A stretch of DNA of 64,000 nt from Octopus vulgaris. Taxonomy: Eukaryota. Below are positions 42,334-57,362 of the stretch, in pieces (within the stretch, counting starts at the first letter, position 1; every line of letters begins with the position of its first letter). The position numbers and the translations under genes are program-made. The notes under the pieces were generated by a model. That model had not been told where the DNA came from. It made no database searches and saw only the letters and a list, made by a program, of their open reading frames with translations. The stretch covers positions 8,308,001 through 8,372,000 of the forward strand of contig OX597839.1 in NCBI GenBank assembly GCA_951406725.2, read 5' to 3'.

Positions 42334-42917
42334 TGACAGAGGCAGAATCATGGTATCTAGCGTAGTAAAGTTTATTCCAACAGAACATCCACGTTTAAAT
42401 GTGAATAAATATTAGAAGAAATATTGGTAGATTGCCTTGATATCACTTACTGGCATTACAATCATTTACGAACAATAATCCTGACCAAGCTCCATTCCTA
42501 TATACTTTGTGACTATTCTAACCAGGAGAGTTTCTTTCATACTATGTCTAAGTGTTGTACTTCTAGAACAGAAACACTAACCTATGCGTGTGTGCGAGTG
42601 TTTATTTCTTTTTACTATATTATTAATTAAATTCTGCTCATAAGGAAAACGTTAGAAACTGACTGAACAAAAAAAAATACTATCAGGAAAGACTTGCATA
42701 TTTTTTTCTAGGCTGTCACGAACACAACTACTACCCTAACCAATTGCACCAACAATTACAGGGTCACATTTAAATTTATGATCTGTGAAGGGGATAGAGG
42801 TTTCATTACTATAGTCCATAAATATTCCCCGTATTGATTTTCATTCAAAGAAATGCTCATACCGGATGGCGGTATCAAAGATTATATTTAGTATTTCTTT
42901 TCCCTCCGAAACAACTA

Positions 42918-43520
42918 CAGGCATACTCTGCGTTGCGGCTACCTCAGGTTACGGGATTTCACACTTACGGAAATTCTAAAGTATGGCCGTTAATTTCGGG
43001 ATATGGTCTGTAATTCAACTCTTAATGCATAATTAATTTTAAACTGTTCAGAGAGATGACGCGTCATAAAAACATTAAAAAAAATAACCAAACAACTTTG
43101 GATCAGTTCTTCACCACTCGAGCTGATGTTGATAATAAACTATAAAATGGTAAATATTATTCTTCATCCTCCTAATAACGCTCATTCCACCACACCACCA
43201 CCACCCCTCATACAGTCGTCAGCATCTTTTGTGGTAAGAACGATCTCTTATGATATTAAAGTTCGTATTAATTCCCAAACGTATTCCTCTTGAGATGTTT
43301 TTGTTTTCATCTATATTATACAATGTCAAGAAATTGTTATTTTCCTGTATAAAACTGATAGTGTTGCTTGTCCTCTGTTTTCTTGCGCATTTTTCTTTTC
43401 CCAAAAATATCCGTTGGAACTTAATCGCACTTGATAATATGAAAATCAATAGGAAAATTTATTTCGTATTATGGTCAGGTTTTCAAGAACACATCACTTC
43501 TCTAAAGCGAGGAATTCCTG
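42918..43520 (+). mobile_element. Non-autonomous Tigger-like element with TA target duplication
   Basis: TA|CAGGCATACTCTGCG ... GCGAGGAATTCCTG|TA; an internal piece is homologous to 47660-47765. Confidence 0.6.
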
Positions 43521-43800
43521 TATATCAAGCCTGTTATGTTTTGGTGAGAATTCTTTGAGTTACTATTATGTACTAGCGGAATCCATGGAAATACCAAGGA
43601 CAAACAGAAAGAAATGTAGGGAGACTTTTGTTAACACTGAGGGTCACCAACTACATATTAATCATAAAATAAGCTTTTAAAGGGCATATAATAGACATGT
43701 CTAAAATGTATGACCGAATCTAAGGATTTTAGAAAATTTCAATATTTTCACACACACACACACATACAAAATGATATATATATATATATATATATTTTAT

Positions 43801-43845
43801 CCAGTTTCAGCTCACGAGCTGTGGTCATGCTGGGGCACCGCCATT
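43801..43845 (-). mobile_element. About 45-bp isolated 3' end of a LINE-1-like family (extreme 5' truncation)
   Basis: Reverse complement ATGGCGGTGCCCCAGCATGACCACAGCTCGTGAGCTGAAACT nearly matches 11336-11377; TA-rich flanks. Confidence 0.75.
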
Positions 43846-43864
43846 AAAATATATATGTACTAGG

Positions 43865-43895
43865 CTAGTATACTCGTGACCCGTTGGTTCACCAA
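43865..43895 (-). mobile_element. Helitron-like 3' terminus
   Basis: Minus strand GTGAACC-AAC-GGGTCAC hairpin then GAGTATA-CTAG. Confidence 0.4.
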
Positions 43896-44345
43896 TAGTT
43901 CAAGTTACTCAAAAACACCACGTATCTCGAGAACCGGCAGTCCGTTTTACGCGAAATTTTTTTCATTCAGTTCGTATTCACATTTCAGTGACATCTTACT
44001 TTCAAAGTATTTTCCCATTATGCGCCGGTTTGGTTGTATTAAATTACGGAGAAGCACACAACCAAACAAAGGTACCTGAATAAAAACACGTACCTCGGGA
44101 ACCCGTTGTCTGATTTACTAGAATGGACTGGAACAACGTGAAATAAAGTGCCTTGCTCAAATACACGAAGCGTCGCCGTGAATTGAACTCACGACTTTTC
44201 GATCGTGAGCCGAATGCCTTAACCACAGAGCCACGTGCCTTCACATACAACCATATGTGGGTGAGGGGAGGGGTGATCTTAGCATTGTATTCCGTTCGTA
44301 ATCCATTTTATATACTAGAGTACACCTCAAAAGTACATCATACAA

Positions 44346-44387
<42 letters not shown>

Positions 44388-44756
44388 AGATAACTAATGT
44401 TGCAATGACGTCACAAACTTTGCTCAGTATTCACTATTCAGATTTCCTTTTTTCCTCTCCATCACATTATCCCGTTCATCTTCCCACCTTCCTATTTCTG
44501 TTGCATTTTTTTTTTGCCTGTTTACTTTTAACTCACACAGAATTCTGTCTTATTTTCTGTCACTTATTATCTCTCACTTCTCCCATTAACAATCAGGGTT
44601 TGCTTTATCTCCCTCTCTCTCCCTCTCTTCCTCTTTTCACACATACACTTTCATAAAAATATCACCATCACCTCTACCATTTACCATTTTCATCTTATAG
44701 TTAATGTTGCATACCTGTGTATGTGTGCTTGTGTGTGTCCGTGTAGGTAGATATCT

Positions 44757-45184
44757 GGGATCTTTTCGGTTTGAACGGCAGTGTTTTCTAGCGGTGTCAT
44801 ATGAAATTATCACCAACAATTATGACACTAGTATCGATCTATTGCATTTCAATCTCTTTTAGGGCTAGGGTTAGTTAGGGTTAGGGTTAGGGGGAAGGGT
44901 ATCTTTTTTTCTTTACAAAGGTAAATAAACCCAATCTGTTTCTTAAACGAGGGACATAGTCGTACGGCACAGAATGTTTTCACCTCAATAGACGGTCATT
45001 GATTGGTTGAAATTGCCGAAATGCAAGAAATTAAAGACCAAATATATTACAAACTACAGAATTTTCTCAATAAAGCCAAGAGAAAAAGATGTTTTATAAA
45101 CACATTTTACCAGTATACGAAGTTCAAAATTTTTTAGTTACCTAGAAATTACGTTAAAAACTGCCGCTCAAACCGAAATGTTTC
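44757..45184. mobile_element. MITE with about 25-30 bp TIRs and internal TTAGGG repeats
   Basis: TTTCGGTTTGAACGGCAGT at left and ACTGCCGCTCAAACCGAAA at right; (TTAGGG)-like run at 44859-44892. Confidence 0.75.
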
Positions 45185-46084
45185 AACATTTAAAAACGTG
45201 ATAGACTTTGCGAAATACAAAATCGACATCAACAATTGTACCTGTGAAAGCAACAAATGCGTTATCAACGAGAGCAACAGTAACAACGACGGCTGCGCAA
45301 CAAATGAGAACGACAGCTAAAGGATCAACAAAATCCTCAATTTTATGATGACGACGATAACCATCATCATCGTTGTCAGCAATAACAGTAGCATCATCGG
45401 TAGTATCAACAGCATCAAAGTTGAAATGTAACAGCGTAAACAAAGGTAATAACGAGTAGTACTTGAACAATGAAGATACAAAATGGAAGCAAAATAAAGA
45501 AGAACAGCTGAAGCAGTACCAACAGCAGTCTAAGCAATTACAACTGCTTTTACATGCGTAAGAACTGCAGTTGAAAAATATTGAAGAAAAAAAAAAACAA
45601 AAAAACAGACACACAATGAAAATCAATCAAACAATAAAAAAATGTCAATACAAAGAAAAACAACACTGCAAAATCACAAACGATTTTTAGAAAACTAAAA
45701 AAAAAATGGCAGCAACATTTTGTTTCAAATACAAGAAACTGTAAAAAGGAAAATAAAAACTGCAATAAGGACAACTACAACAACAGAAACAAGAACAACA
45801 GTAACAATAGCAACAACAACAATAACATTAAGAAATAACAACTGCAGTAGCAGTGGTAATCTCTATTATGGCAAGAAGCAATAGGAGGAACAATGGCGGT
45901 AAAGTAGCATTCCCGGCAGAAGGCATTCCGACAGGAAGTTAAGATGACGTCACATAAGCGTCACGAATGCGATTTATATTTATTTGTATTAGAATATATC
46001 TATTCCCAACACATACACCCATTTCTCTTTCTTGTCACTTCTCATCCATGTCCTTTGTTCTTCCGTGTCTTCCACTGCTCACCT

Positions 46085-46115
<31 letters not shown>

Positions 46116-46404
46116 ATGCCTATAGGTATTTATTGTGCCGTGTGCATGTACATATATACATACGTGTGTGTGTGGAAGTTAGAAAGTGATTGAAATTTGA
46201 ATTTCATTGGTTTGAAAGTAGGAGAGTGTTATTTACAAGAATTAGTTCCGAATGTGCGTCTATTTACAAACGAACTCAAATATATGAAAGCATTATATAT
46301 ATGCATGCACACTCACACACACATATATATATATATATATCGACAAATATGTGTACACATGCACAGGTACATGCGTATAGTGAGAGAGATAGACAAACAC
46401 ACAC

Positions 46405-46471
<67 letters not shown>

Positions 46472-46728
46472 GATATGCGTGTTGTGTGCGAATGTATGCA
46501 CGTGTGTGTGTATTTGTATGTATATATATATATATATATATATCGAGACAGAGACAAAGAGAGAGAGATTTGAATCGGTGAGAAAGAGGAATTACAGAGG
46601 CCATCATGGCGTCTGGTGTCTCAAAAGATTGCAGTTTATCGATACTGTATCCCATTTCATATGAGATCAACATGAAATGGATGTCATCATATTCCTATCA
46701 CAGCCAGGACATTTTGTTGTATCAGATG

Positions 46729-46764
<36 letters not shown>

Positions 46765-46778
46765 AACTATATACCAAC

Positions 46779-46857
<79 letters not shown>

Positions 46858-46859
<2 letters not shown>

Positions 46860-47765
46860 GGTATTTCTAATAATGTGCGAGTAGAATATATTCCCCAAAA
46901 TACAATCTCTTTGCTCCAGACACTGAATCAAGGTTTGATAGCTAACTTCGAGATATATTGTATTAGAACTTTGAAACAACTTAGGAAAGCAATTGACAGG
47001 GACGATAAACATACAGTTTGATATTTCTGAAAGAAATCCAACATAATGGATGCTGTGGATGATGCAGCTGAGCCAAGGGATGAAGTTAAAACTTCAACTT
47101 TGAATAGTGCTTGGAAGAATGTAAGGTCAGATTCTATCCGTGATAGTTCAAGTTTTCCTCTTGTGGAAAGTCTACATCAAATTCAGAAAGACATTGTGAC
47201 ACTTGCAAAGGATGTAAGATTTGTAGAAGTCATAAAGGATGATGCGACTGTGTTGCTGGTGCCCCAGAGAGAAAGATTAGCTAATGAGGAGCTGATGCTG
47301 TTAGAAAAATCTTATTTCTTTATTACCCACAAGGGGGTGAGCATAAAGGAGACAAACAAGGACAGACAAAGGGATAAAGGATGATGCGACTGTGTTACTG
47401 GTGTCCCAGAGAGAAAGATTATCTAATGAGGAACTGAGGGTGTTACAAGAAGAACAAGCTGAAAATACGAATGAGACAGCAGAAGTTCCACCAGCAAAAC
47501 TTCAGTTGGCAACTACAGTTATTGCTTAAAGGGTTGGCACTTAGAAAGGGAAGGTCTGCCGGTTTTTTGCTGATGATGATCCTAATCATGAACATAACAT
47601 AACAGTCACAAGAGAAGTTAGCAATGAGCTTAGTTCCCATACTGAGTTGTACAAAGAAATAATGCGTCATAAAAAGAACCGAATGACTTTGTATAAGCTC
47701 TTCACCACTAAAGCTGATGCTGGTAATAATGAATTATAAGATCGTAAATATTGTCCTTCATCCTA
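46858..47765 (+). mobile_element. Decayed Tigger/pogo DDE transposase 3' half
   Basis: VEYIPQNTISLLQTLNQGLIANF (compare FLPPNTTSLLQPMDQGVI..FK), NSAWKNV; 3' part is similar to about 43055-43175. Confidence 0.8.
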
Positions 47766-48264
47766 CTAGTACCTATTTCTTTACTGCCCACAAGGGGCTA
47801 AACACACAGGGGACAAACAAGGACAGACAAACGGATTAAGTCGATTACATCGACGCCAGTCATCATCGCCATCATCATCATCTTCTTCGTCATCATCCTC
47901 ATTGTCATCATCATCAGCTTCTTCATCATTATCATCATCATTGTTGTTTATCATCATCATTACCACCCACATTTCCATTCTTGCTTGAGTTTCTTATTTC
48001 TTTATTGCCCACAAGGGGCTAAACATAGAGGAGACAAACAAGGACAGACAAACGGATTAATTCGATTACATCGAATCCAGTGCGTAACAGGTACCTATTT
48101 TATCGACCTCGAAAGAATGAAAGACAAAGTCAACCTCGGCGAAATTTGAACTCAGAACGTAGCGGCAGACGAAATACCTATTTCTTTACTACCCACAAGG
48201 GGCTAAACATAGAGGGGGGCAAACAACGAATTCTCACTCATTTAACTTAAAGTCTTCGTAAAAG

Positions 48265-48414
48265 GAATAGTTCAAATGTACAAAAAAAAAAACAATAGAC
48301 AAAGACACGATAGAAAAACAACCAAGGTGAATCAGTTTGACGCTCAGGAAAACCAGAAAGGTCTTTGACGTTTCGAGCTTACGCTCTTCGATGAAAGGAA
48401 TGAGGAAAGAGCAT

Positions 48415-48420
<6 letters not shown>
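48265..48420 (-). mobile_element. Family E copy (second subtype)
   Basis: CTTT-CATCGAA-GAGCGTAAGCTC-GAAACGTC-AAAG at 48363-48397. Confidence 0.6.
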
Positions 48421-48468
<48 letters not shown>

Positions 48469-48939
48469 GAATTTGGATTAACGGTTTCCATATGATAAAA
48501 AGAACACGACCTAGGGTCAAGTTCTTTACATGGTTGCTCGACATGATGGAAATAGCAACAAAATCTCTCTCTATTGTTTTAGAAAACCCTATGATCAATA
48601 AAGTGGTCATGTTTACATCGCACATGAGAACAAGACGGGGTGGTCATATCTGGAATGCTGTTACGCATGGGTCTTTCCAGTCAGGGTTGGCTAAGTCTGG
48701 AGCATTAAACAAGAACAACAAAACTGTGACAAAAACTGGAAACAAACTAAAGAGGGTTCAGTAGGATTAACCAAAATCTAACCAAGTGCTTGTTAGTGCG
48801 TGTATGAGTACTTAAGTCAAAGAGTGTTTAGTGTGTGCCTGTGTAGACTTATTCAGGGAAAAAGAAAAGCGAACGATATATTGATAATTGTATTACATAT
48901 ATTATGTTATCATATACTGAGTGGAATATATGAAAGGTT

Positions 48940-49005
<66 letters not shown>

Positions 49006-49235
49006 CACATATATAAAGTATATATATATATATATATATATATATAACGTGTATATATATATATATATATATACATACAGTATATATATTTATACACATA
49101 TAAGTGTGTATAAATATATGTAACGTATATATGTATAAATATATATATACATGTATGTGTAGATATACATATATATACCCATATATATGTATGTAAATCT
49201 ACGTGAGTGTGTGTGTATATAAACATGCATACACA

Positions 49236-49309
<74 letters not shown>

Positions 49310-49866
49310 AGATATATTCAGTACAAGAACACCAATCACACGCGTATATTATACACACACACAAAGACAGAGAGAGAGAGAGAGTGATATATATATATAT
49401 ATATATATGTGCATAGGTGTATGTATGTGCGAATGTGAGAATGCGCGTATGTTAGAGTATCCGCTCCAAGATCCTCTTGCTTTTTTCTTCTGGGATGAAG
49501 CATTCGATCAAAAGTGAAGTTACTATTTTCACAACATGGCGCCAGGCTTCTCGTACCTACACATACACATAAATGTACCTTCACACACACACACTTAGGC
49601 GCGGCGTGGACTTCATTTTTTTTTTTATCTCACCCTAATGAATCACGGAGATTTAATAGAGTGTCTATTGGATTCTTGTCAGTTCTGTGATATTTACTGG
49701 CTATCGGAATATAGATTCTTCAAGTTATGACATGGGGATTCTGTGTGCGGCGTGAGTGAGGGTCTGCGGTGGGAGGAAGTTATGCTGGGGATGTTTTTGT
49801 GCGTGTGTGTGTGCGTGTGTGTGTGTGTGAATTGGCATACCCAGTAATCACTCATAAATTATATTT

Positions 49867-49909
<43 letters not shown>

Positions 49910-50036
49910 ACTAGCGCTATATATTCATCCATTTGTGTGCGATGGTATCTATCGGTCTATCTACGTGTGTATATGTTATGCGTGTATTTTTATATATTTA
50001 TATTTACATATGAATATGTGTATGTATTCATACATA

Positions 50037-50083
<47 letters not shown>

Positions 50084-50149
50084 TATTACAGAGAGATAGA
50101 TAGCAAGAGAGAGAAGGTATATATATATATATATATATATGTGTGTATT

Positions 50150-50180
<31 letters not shown>

Positions 50181-50228
50181 ATATATGTGTATATATATAT
50201 ATATATATGTTATATATATGTGTGTGTG

Positions 50229-50273
<45 letters not shown>

Positions 50274-50292
50274 GCATATATATATATGTATA

Positions 50293-50402
<110 letters not shown>

Positions 50403-50408
50403 TGTATT

Positions 50409-50479
<71 letters not shown>

Positions 50480-50812
50480 CTCTAAGAACGTATATGAGTA
50501 TGTACTTATGTATATTAATTAGGATTCCGCTGACCTTTTTCACTTGGTTAGTTCGCTGATATATTCGCTTTATCACGTCAACAATTTAGCGCTTCAGCCA
50601 AAACACGGAGACCCCTCTGATGGTCGGTCACATATATTTCCTACAACAGCCACTCAGCCGCAAACACACAAATCCTTGTACACACACTGCGCACTCACGT
50701 GCATGCACAGACATTCCATCGTATGCGTGGAACACGATGTGCTCCAAAGCCTACGAATATAAATCTACGTGTGCGCACACACACACACACACAGATACAT
50801 GCAGATAGAAAG

Positions 50813-50873
<61 letters not shown>

Positions 50874-50919
50874 GAGAGAGAGATGTTGAATTTGTAGAAA
50901 TTCAGATTTCTATACGCAT

Positions 50920-51334
50920 ACTCTTACTCTCACTCTTTTACTCTTTTACTTGTTTCAGTCAATTGACTGCGGCCATGCTGGAGCATTGCCTTTAGTCGAG
51001 CAAATCGACCCCGGGACTTATTCTTTGTAAGCCCAGTACTTATTCTTTCGGTCTGTTTTGCCGAACCGCTAAGTGACGGGGACATAAACACACCAGCATC
51101 GGTTGTCAAGCAATGCTAGGAGGACAAACACTCACACATACATCTATATATATATATATATATATATACATATATACGACAGGCTTCTTTCAGTTTCCGT
51201 CTACCAAATCCACTCACAAGGCATTGGTCGGCCCGGGGCTATAGCAGAAGACACTTGCCCAAGATGCCTCTCAGTGGGACTGAACTCGGAACCATGTGGT
51301 TGGTTAGCAAACTACTTACCACACAGCCACTCCT
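50920..51334 (-). mobile_element. SINE family A copy
   Basis: Reverse complement matches the family. Confidence 0.9.
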
Positions 51335-51427
51335 AACTGAGAAGATTGTGCATAATGCGTATACACTCGCGTAACCATAAAATACACTAGTTTGACATTC
51401 ACATACATTCTCAGTTCATATATATAC

Positions 51428-51489
<62 letters not shown>

Positions 51490-51833
51490 GATTTGAGTGG
51501 AGGCAATACCAGCGGAAAACTAGAGGAACATCACCTATTATCCAGTAGAATATTCAATATATATGTGTACCTTCATTGGACATGATTAAATCAATATAAA
51601 GTTCCAGATAATACAGTATTAAAAACATACAAGTATATAAATACATAAATATTTTAAAATACGTTATATATATTGTTGTGTATGGGGAGAGTCATTTTCT
51701 TTTTGTGCCTTATAATTTAACACACTCACCGGTAAAATTTCCACTTATTCCTTATTTTTATTTTCCTAAAGTTTTCGTTGCGTCTTGCAACATTTTCAAT
51801 AGTCTTGACTCTCTTGCAAACCAAATCCAAAAA

Positions 51834-51905
<72 letters not shown>

Positions 51906-52003
51906 GAGTTAACGCAGGTTTAAACAAGTATTTTTACTTTCTACATATGTTTCAAAAATTCCACTGATACTTATTCAAAAGAATAACAAGGTAAAATACA
52001 CTC

Positions 52004-52061
<58 letters not shown>

Positions 52062-52334
52062 CAGTATCATATCGATATACAAGGCCAAGATCCAGGAAGC
52101 CGAGTGTAGGAAGTTTGTAAGCTTAAAGCGGTTAGTGGCTGGTGTAGAGAACAAAAAGTTGACAGTATACGATAAGATACAATAACAATTTACTGTCATC
52201 GAAGATCACACGCTCTTTCCCGTATCAAAGGAATTACGAGGAAATTTTATAAGCTGAGAGTTTCTTTATACCTCACGGTTAGCTACAAAAGCGAATAAAA
52301 ATCCAAATGATTGTAGTGCAAAGTGTAAACTGTA

Positions 52335-52418
52335 GGCTACATATGTTTCGTAGCTAGCTGCTCCTCTGATGTAACAGTTACTCAACGAGCGGCTCTGAAT
52401 TCAGTTAATCATCAGGCC
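52335..52418 (-). ncRNA. Type I hammerhead ribozyme motif with intact core
   Basis: GGC-CTGATGA-long helix II-GAAA-CATATG-TA-GCC; helix I GGC/GCC, palindromic helix III, GUA cleavage triplet. Confidence 0.75.
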
Positions 52419-52486
52419 GAGTCTACCTTAATTAAATGAATATTGTATATTATAAATATATAAATGTATGTATTTAAAGTGTGTAT

Positions 52487-52770
52487 GGGCAGCGGACTTG
52501 CGGTCGTAGGATCGCGGTTTCGATTCCCAGACCGGGCGTTGTGAGTGTTTATTGAGCGAAAACACCTTAAAGCTCCACGAGGCTCCGGTAGGGGGTGGCG
52601 ATCCCTGCTGTACTCTTTCGCCACAACTTTCTCCCACTCTTTCTTCTGTTGGCCTGCTCGCTTAGCCAGCGGGGTGGCGCCATTCGGAGGCTAAAACAAT
52701 GCGAACGCATTGTGACCAGCGATGTGTAACAACATCTGATGGTCTGGTTGGTCACGTGATCACGTGATAT
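52487..52770 (+). mobile_element. SINE family C tail type 2, head-truncated
   Basis: Matches 36457-36735; (CACGTGAT)2 tail. Confidence 0.8.
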
Positions 52771-52779
52771 ACTGCATAC

Positions 52780-53045
52780 ATACAAGGTGCATTACACAAA
52801 TGTTCTTACCTCTTCGGGAGAGACATTAATTTTAAACAAGTACAAAATTATAATTCATTAATTTTAAACAAGTACAAAATTCTAATTCAAAGTAAGATCT
52901 TTTTACCTCAAAATGCTTGTTGTAGCATTCCAGCTTACTCTGTGAAGACCCCGTGTAAGTCCTCCAAAATGAAGTTTCCTTTTCACAACCTCATTTCTCT
53001 TTCAAATATCTGGCCTTGAGATTTTTTCTTCAGCTTGTTTCCCTG
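52780..53045 (-). mobile_element. Degenerate mariner transposase 3' end
   Basis: Minus strand reads roughly KLKKNLK..LEDLHGVF..LECYNKHFEVKRSYFE; includes a 32-bp tandem duplication. Confidence 0.45.
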
Positions 53046-53473
53046 GAATGAAACATTGCACAACTTTTATAAATACATATGCATATACAAAAAACGAAAG
53101 AAAATGGGCCAGTATTTACCATACTTATATACGTAAATATTTCCACACACACACGTAAGCCTATTCGTGTGTATATGGTGTATGTGTGTGTGTGTGTGTG
53201 TGTGTGTCTATTCTGTATATATACTCTATATTATTTACGAATACATGTACACACACAAACACACACGTTAATTCTTAGTTTGATTAAAACAAAAATTTGA
53301 AACAGGGCAGTTCTGAAGATTGGATTTTACGGTCGAGTATCTTTTATATATGATAGATTATAAATCAACCTCGGTGTCAATCTGCATAGACAAACTGGCA
53401 ATATAAGAAAGGACACAAGCCAAAAATATTTTGCTATATTACTATGAATTACTATGAATTTATTTATTGATAA

Positions 53474-53638
53474 AGGAGTGGCTGTGTGGTAAGTAGCTTG
53501 TTTACCAACCACATGGTTCCGGGTTCAGTTCCACTATTGGCACCTTGGGCAAGTGTCTTCTACTATAGCCTCGGGCCGACCGAAGCCTTGTGAGTGGATT
53601 TGGTAGACGGAAACTGAAAGAAGCACGTCGTATATACG

Positions 53639-53683
<45 letters not shown>

Positions 53684-54065
53684 TTGTGTGTTTGTCCCCC
53701 TAGCATTGCTTGACAACCAATGCTGGTGCATTTATGTCCCAGTTACTTAGCGGTTCGGCAAAAGAGATCGATAGAATAAGTACTGGGCTTACAAAGAATA
53801 AGAACCGGGATCGAGTTGCTCGATTAAAGACGGTGCTCCAGCATGGCCGCAGTCAAATGACTGAAACAAGTAAAAGAGTAAAGAATATATATATATATAT
53901 ATAGGCGTGGGAGTGGCTGTGTGGTAAGTAGCTTGCTTATGAACCACATAGTTCCGGGTTCAGTCCAACTGCGTGGCACCTTGGGCAAGTATCTTCTACT
54001 ATAGCCTCGGGCCGACCAAAGCCTTGTGAGTGGATTTGCTGGACGGAAACTGAAAGAAGCCTGTC

Positions 54066-54126
<61 letters not shown>

Positions 54127-54350
54127 TGTGTGTGTATATGTTTGTGTGTCTGTGTTTGTCCCCCTCCCCAACATCGCTTGACAACCGATGCTGGAGTGGT
54201 TAAGTTCCCATAACTTAGCGGTTCGGCAAAAAGAGAGCGATAGAATAAGTATTAGGCTTACAAAGAATAAGTCCTGGGGGCGATTTGCTCGACTAAAGGC
54301 GGTGCTCCAGCTTGGCCTCAGTCAAATGACTGAAATAAGTAAAAGATTAC
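53474..54350 (+). mobile_element. Two head-to-tail SINE family A copies (53474-53885 and 53902-54350) separated by (TA)n
   Basis: Both match the family. Confidence 0.9.
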
Positions 54351-54358
54351 AAAGTATA

Positions 54359-54405
<47 letters not shown>

Positions 54406-54684
54406 AATGCGAAAAATTTGATTTTTTGGTGGTTATTTGTCTAATTTTGGGATGGGAACGGCTTAAGGGGTGGTAGATGGGGTCGCAGTGGCTAGAGGTG
54501 GTTATCTTTAATTGTGGGTTTAAAAATTTGGGGGATTTTGGAAAGGGGGTAAAGAAGAGGGCAATAAAAAGAACCAGGCAAAGAAGACGAACAAAAGAAG
54601 GGAAAAGGAGACAACACGCACAAAACAACACCACCAGCAAAACCCGAACAAAGTACGGGTCAAAATAGCTAGTCTATATACATA

Positions 54685-54890
<206 letters not shown>

Positions 54891-55499
54891 GGATAGATAG
54901 ATATATCGTCATTTCTGTGTTAACCCTGGAGTGTACCCCATTAAGCTCATCCAGTTGTTCAGGCTATCACATAGATTGTTTGTTATATCAAACACCTGTC
55001 TGAAAATGCACAAATATCCGCAGAATATCTACAATTATAACAGAAAAGAAGGAGCAAGCATGTCCTTTTATTTCACTAATTTATATTTCCTCCAAAGAAT
55101 ATCGATCCCATTAGCATTGCTATTTTATTAAATAATATATGCTACCGCTAATAAATGCATAAAGGCTAAGGTAGAGCTGGTCGAAACACTGAAGTCACTG
55201 TCAACAATATTCTTGCTTAAGAATAATAGATTTGTATTCTAGAGATGTATGGAGTAACACATCAGATTCATGTAAAATTGTTTTTATCATAACTGAACAT
55301 AAAAACGAACATATACGTGTGTGTGTGTGTGTACGCGCGTGGGTTTTTACGTGACTCGAGTTTCATGACACTGCGATCTTCAGACAAAACGGTGGCGTGA
55401 AACAAGCTCTTACCTTCAGTTTTAAACCATAATAAACTATATTCTCTACATGTAATAAACAGTCCTTCCTAATTCGTCTAACATTGAGCAATGTGTGTG

Positions 55500-55543
<44 letters not shown>

Positions 55544-55644
55544 TGTGTGTATGTGTGCAGTACCAAATTCTTTCACAAGGAGTTTGTGAAACAGAGCAGA
55601 GTGATGTATTAATGAATCATGACCAAGGAAACAGTCAACCAATG

Positions 55645-55743
<99 letters not shown>

Positions 55744-55854
55744 TAGTGGGTGGGTTTGTGAATGGAAAGAAGGAAAGAAGTTTGTGAATAATTTTTTTTT
55801 ATATACAAGAAATGAATATAAAATGTGAAGAATGAAAAATTGTTACATTCAAAA

Positions 55855-55945
55855 GAAGAAGGAGAAAGAAGAAGAAGAAGAAGAAGAAGAAGAAGAAGAA
55901 GAAGAAGAAGAAGAAGAAGAAGAAGAAGAAGAAGAAGAAGAAGAA
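55855..55945. repeat. (GAA)n microsatellite
   Basis: Direct reading. Confidence 0.95.
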
Positions 55946-56394
55946 ATAATATCACCACTAACAATGGCAAAAATTAACAAAAATAATATCAACTTCAGCA
56001 TCGACAGTCATAATAACAATAGCCATAATGATCACAGCAACACTAACAACCAGCGACAATAATGGGAATACAACAACAACAACAGCTACAACAACACCAA
56101 CCACCAATACAACAGCCTCAACAATTACAACAACGTGAAATGCGACAAGCAGCAAGCTATCTTTCTGGATCAGGTAATACTTTATTTAATCTTTTCAATA
56201 AAAATGTCAAATTCATTATAGATTTAAGAACAAGTCATCCTAATTGCCTTTTTATGCATCAATGCCGCTGAAACAGCATACTACAACCAACTATTATTAC
56301 CACTACTACTACTACTACTACTACTATTATTATTGCGACTACTACTACTACTACTATTATTGCGACTACTACTGCTACTACTACTACTACTACT

Positions 56395-56771
56395 ACTCTT
56401 TTTACTTGTTTCAGTCATTTGACTGCGGCCATGCTGGAGCACCGCCTTTAGTCGAGCAAATCGACCCCGGGACTTGTTCTTTGTAAGCCCAGTTCTTATT
56501 CTATCGGTCTCTTTTGCCGAACTGCTAAGTGACGGGGACGTAAACACACAAGCATCGGTTGTCAAGCAATGCTAGGGGAACAAACACACACACATATATA
56601 TATACACACATATATACGACAGGATTCTTTCAGTTTCCGTCTACCAAATCCACTCATAAGGCATTGGTCGGCCCGGGGCTATAGCAGAAGACACTTGCCC
56701 AAGATGCTACGCAGCGGGACTGAACCCGGAACCATGTGGTTGGTTAGCAAGTTACTTACCACACAGCCACT
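56395..56771 (-). mobile_element. SINE family A copy
   Basis: Reverse complement matches the family; flanked by (CTA)n and (AAT)n. Confidence 0.88.
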
Positions 56772-56776
56772 ACTGC

Positions 56777-56809
<33 letters not shown>

Positions 56810-56814
56810 TAATA

Positions 56815-56967
56815 ATAATCCTTTCTACTCTAGGCACAAGGTCCGAAATTTTCGGGGAGGGGGCCAGTCGATTTGATCGACCCCAGTACGCAACTGGTAC
56901 TTATTTTATCGACCCAGTCAGGATAAAAGATGAAGTCGACCTAGACGGAATTTGAACTCAGAACGTA

Positions 56968-57018
<51 letters not shown>

Positions 57019-57311
57019 CCTTTCTACTCTAGGCACAAGGTCCGAAATTTTCGGGGAGGGGGCCAGTCGATTTGATCGACCCCAGTACGCAACTGGTACT
57101 TATTTTATCGACCCCGTAAGGATGAAAGGCAAAGTCGACCTCGGCGGAATTTGAACTCAGAACGTAAACTGGTAATTTATTTATCGAACCCGAAAAGGAT
57201 GAAAAGCAAAGTCGACCTCAGCGGAATTTGAACTCAGAACGTAGCGGCGGACGAGATACGATTGAGCATTTCGCCCCGAGTACTAACAATTCTGCCAGCT
57301 CACCGCCTTAA

Positions 57312-57312
<1 letters not shown>
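56815..57312 (-). mobile_element. Nested or tandem SINE family B variants with an alternative 3' tail, in (AAT)n
   Basis: Duplicated ATCCTTTCTACTCTAGGCACAAGG unit at about 56817 and 57016, sharing the central box with family B. Confidence 0.8.

Positions 57313-57358
<46 letters not shown>

Positions 57359-57362
<4 letters not shown>

Noticed and set aside
44859-44892. True telomere or chromosome fusion site
   Set aside because: Only about 5 imperfect units, single orientation, inside a TIR element
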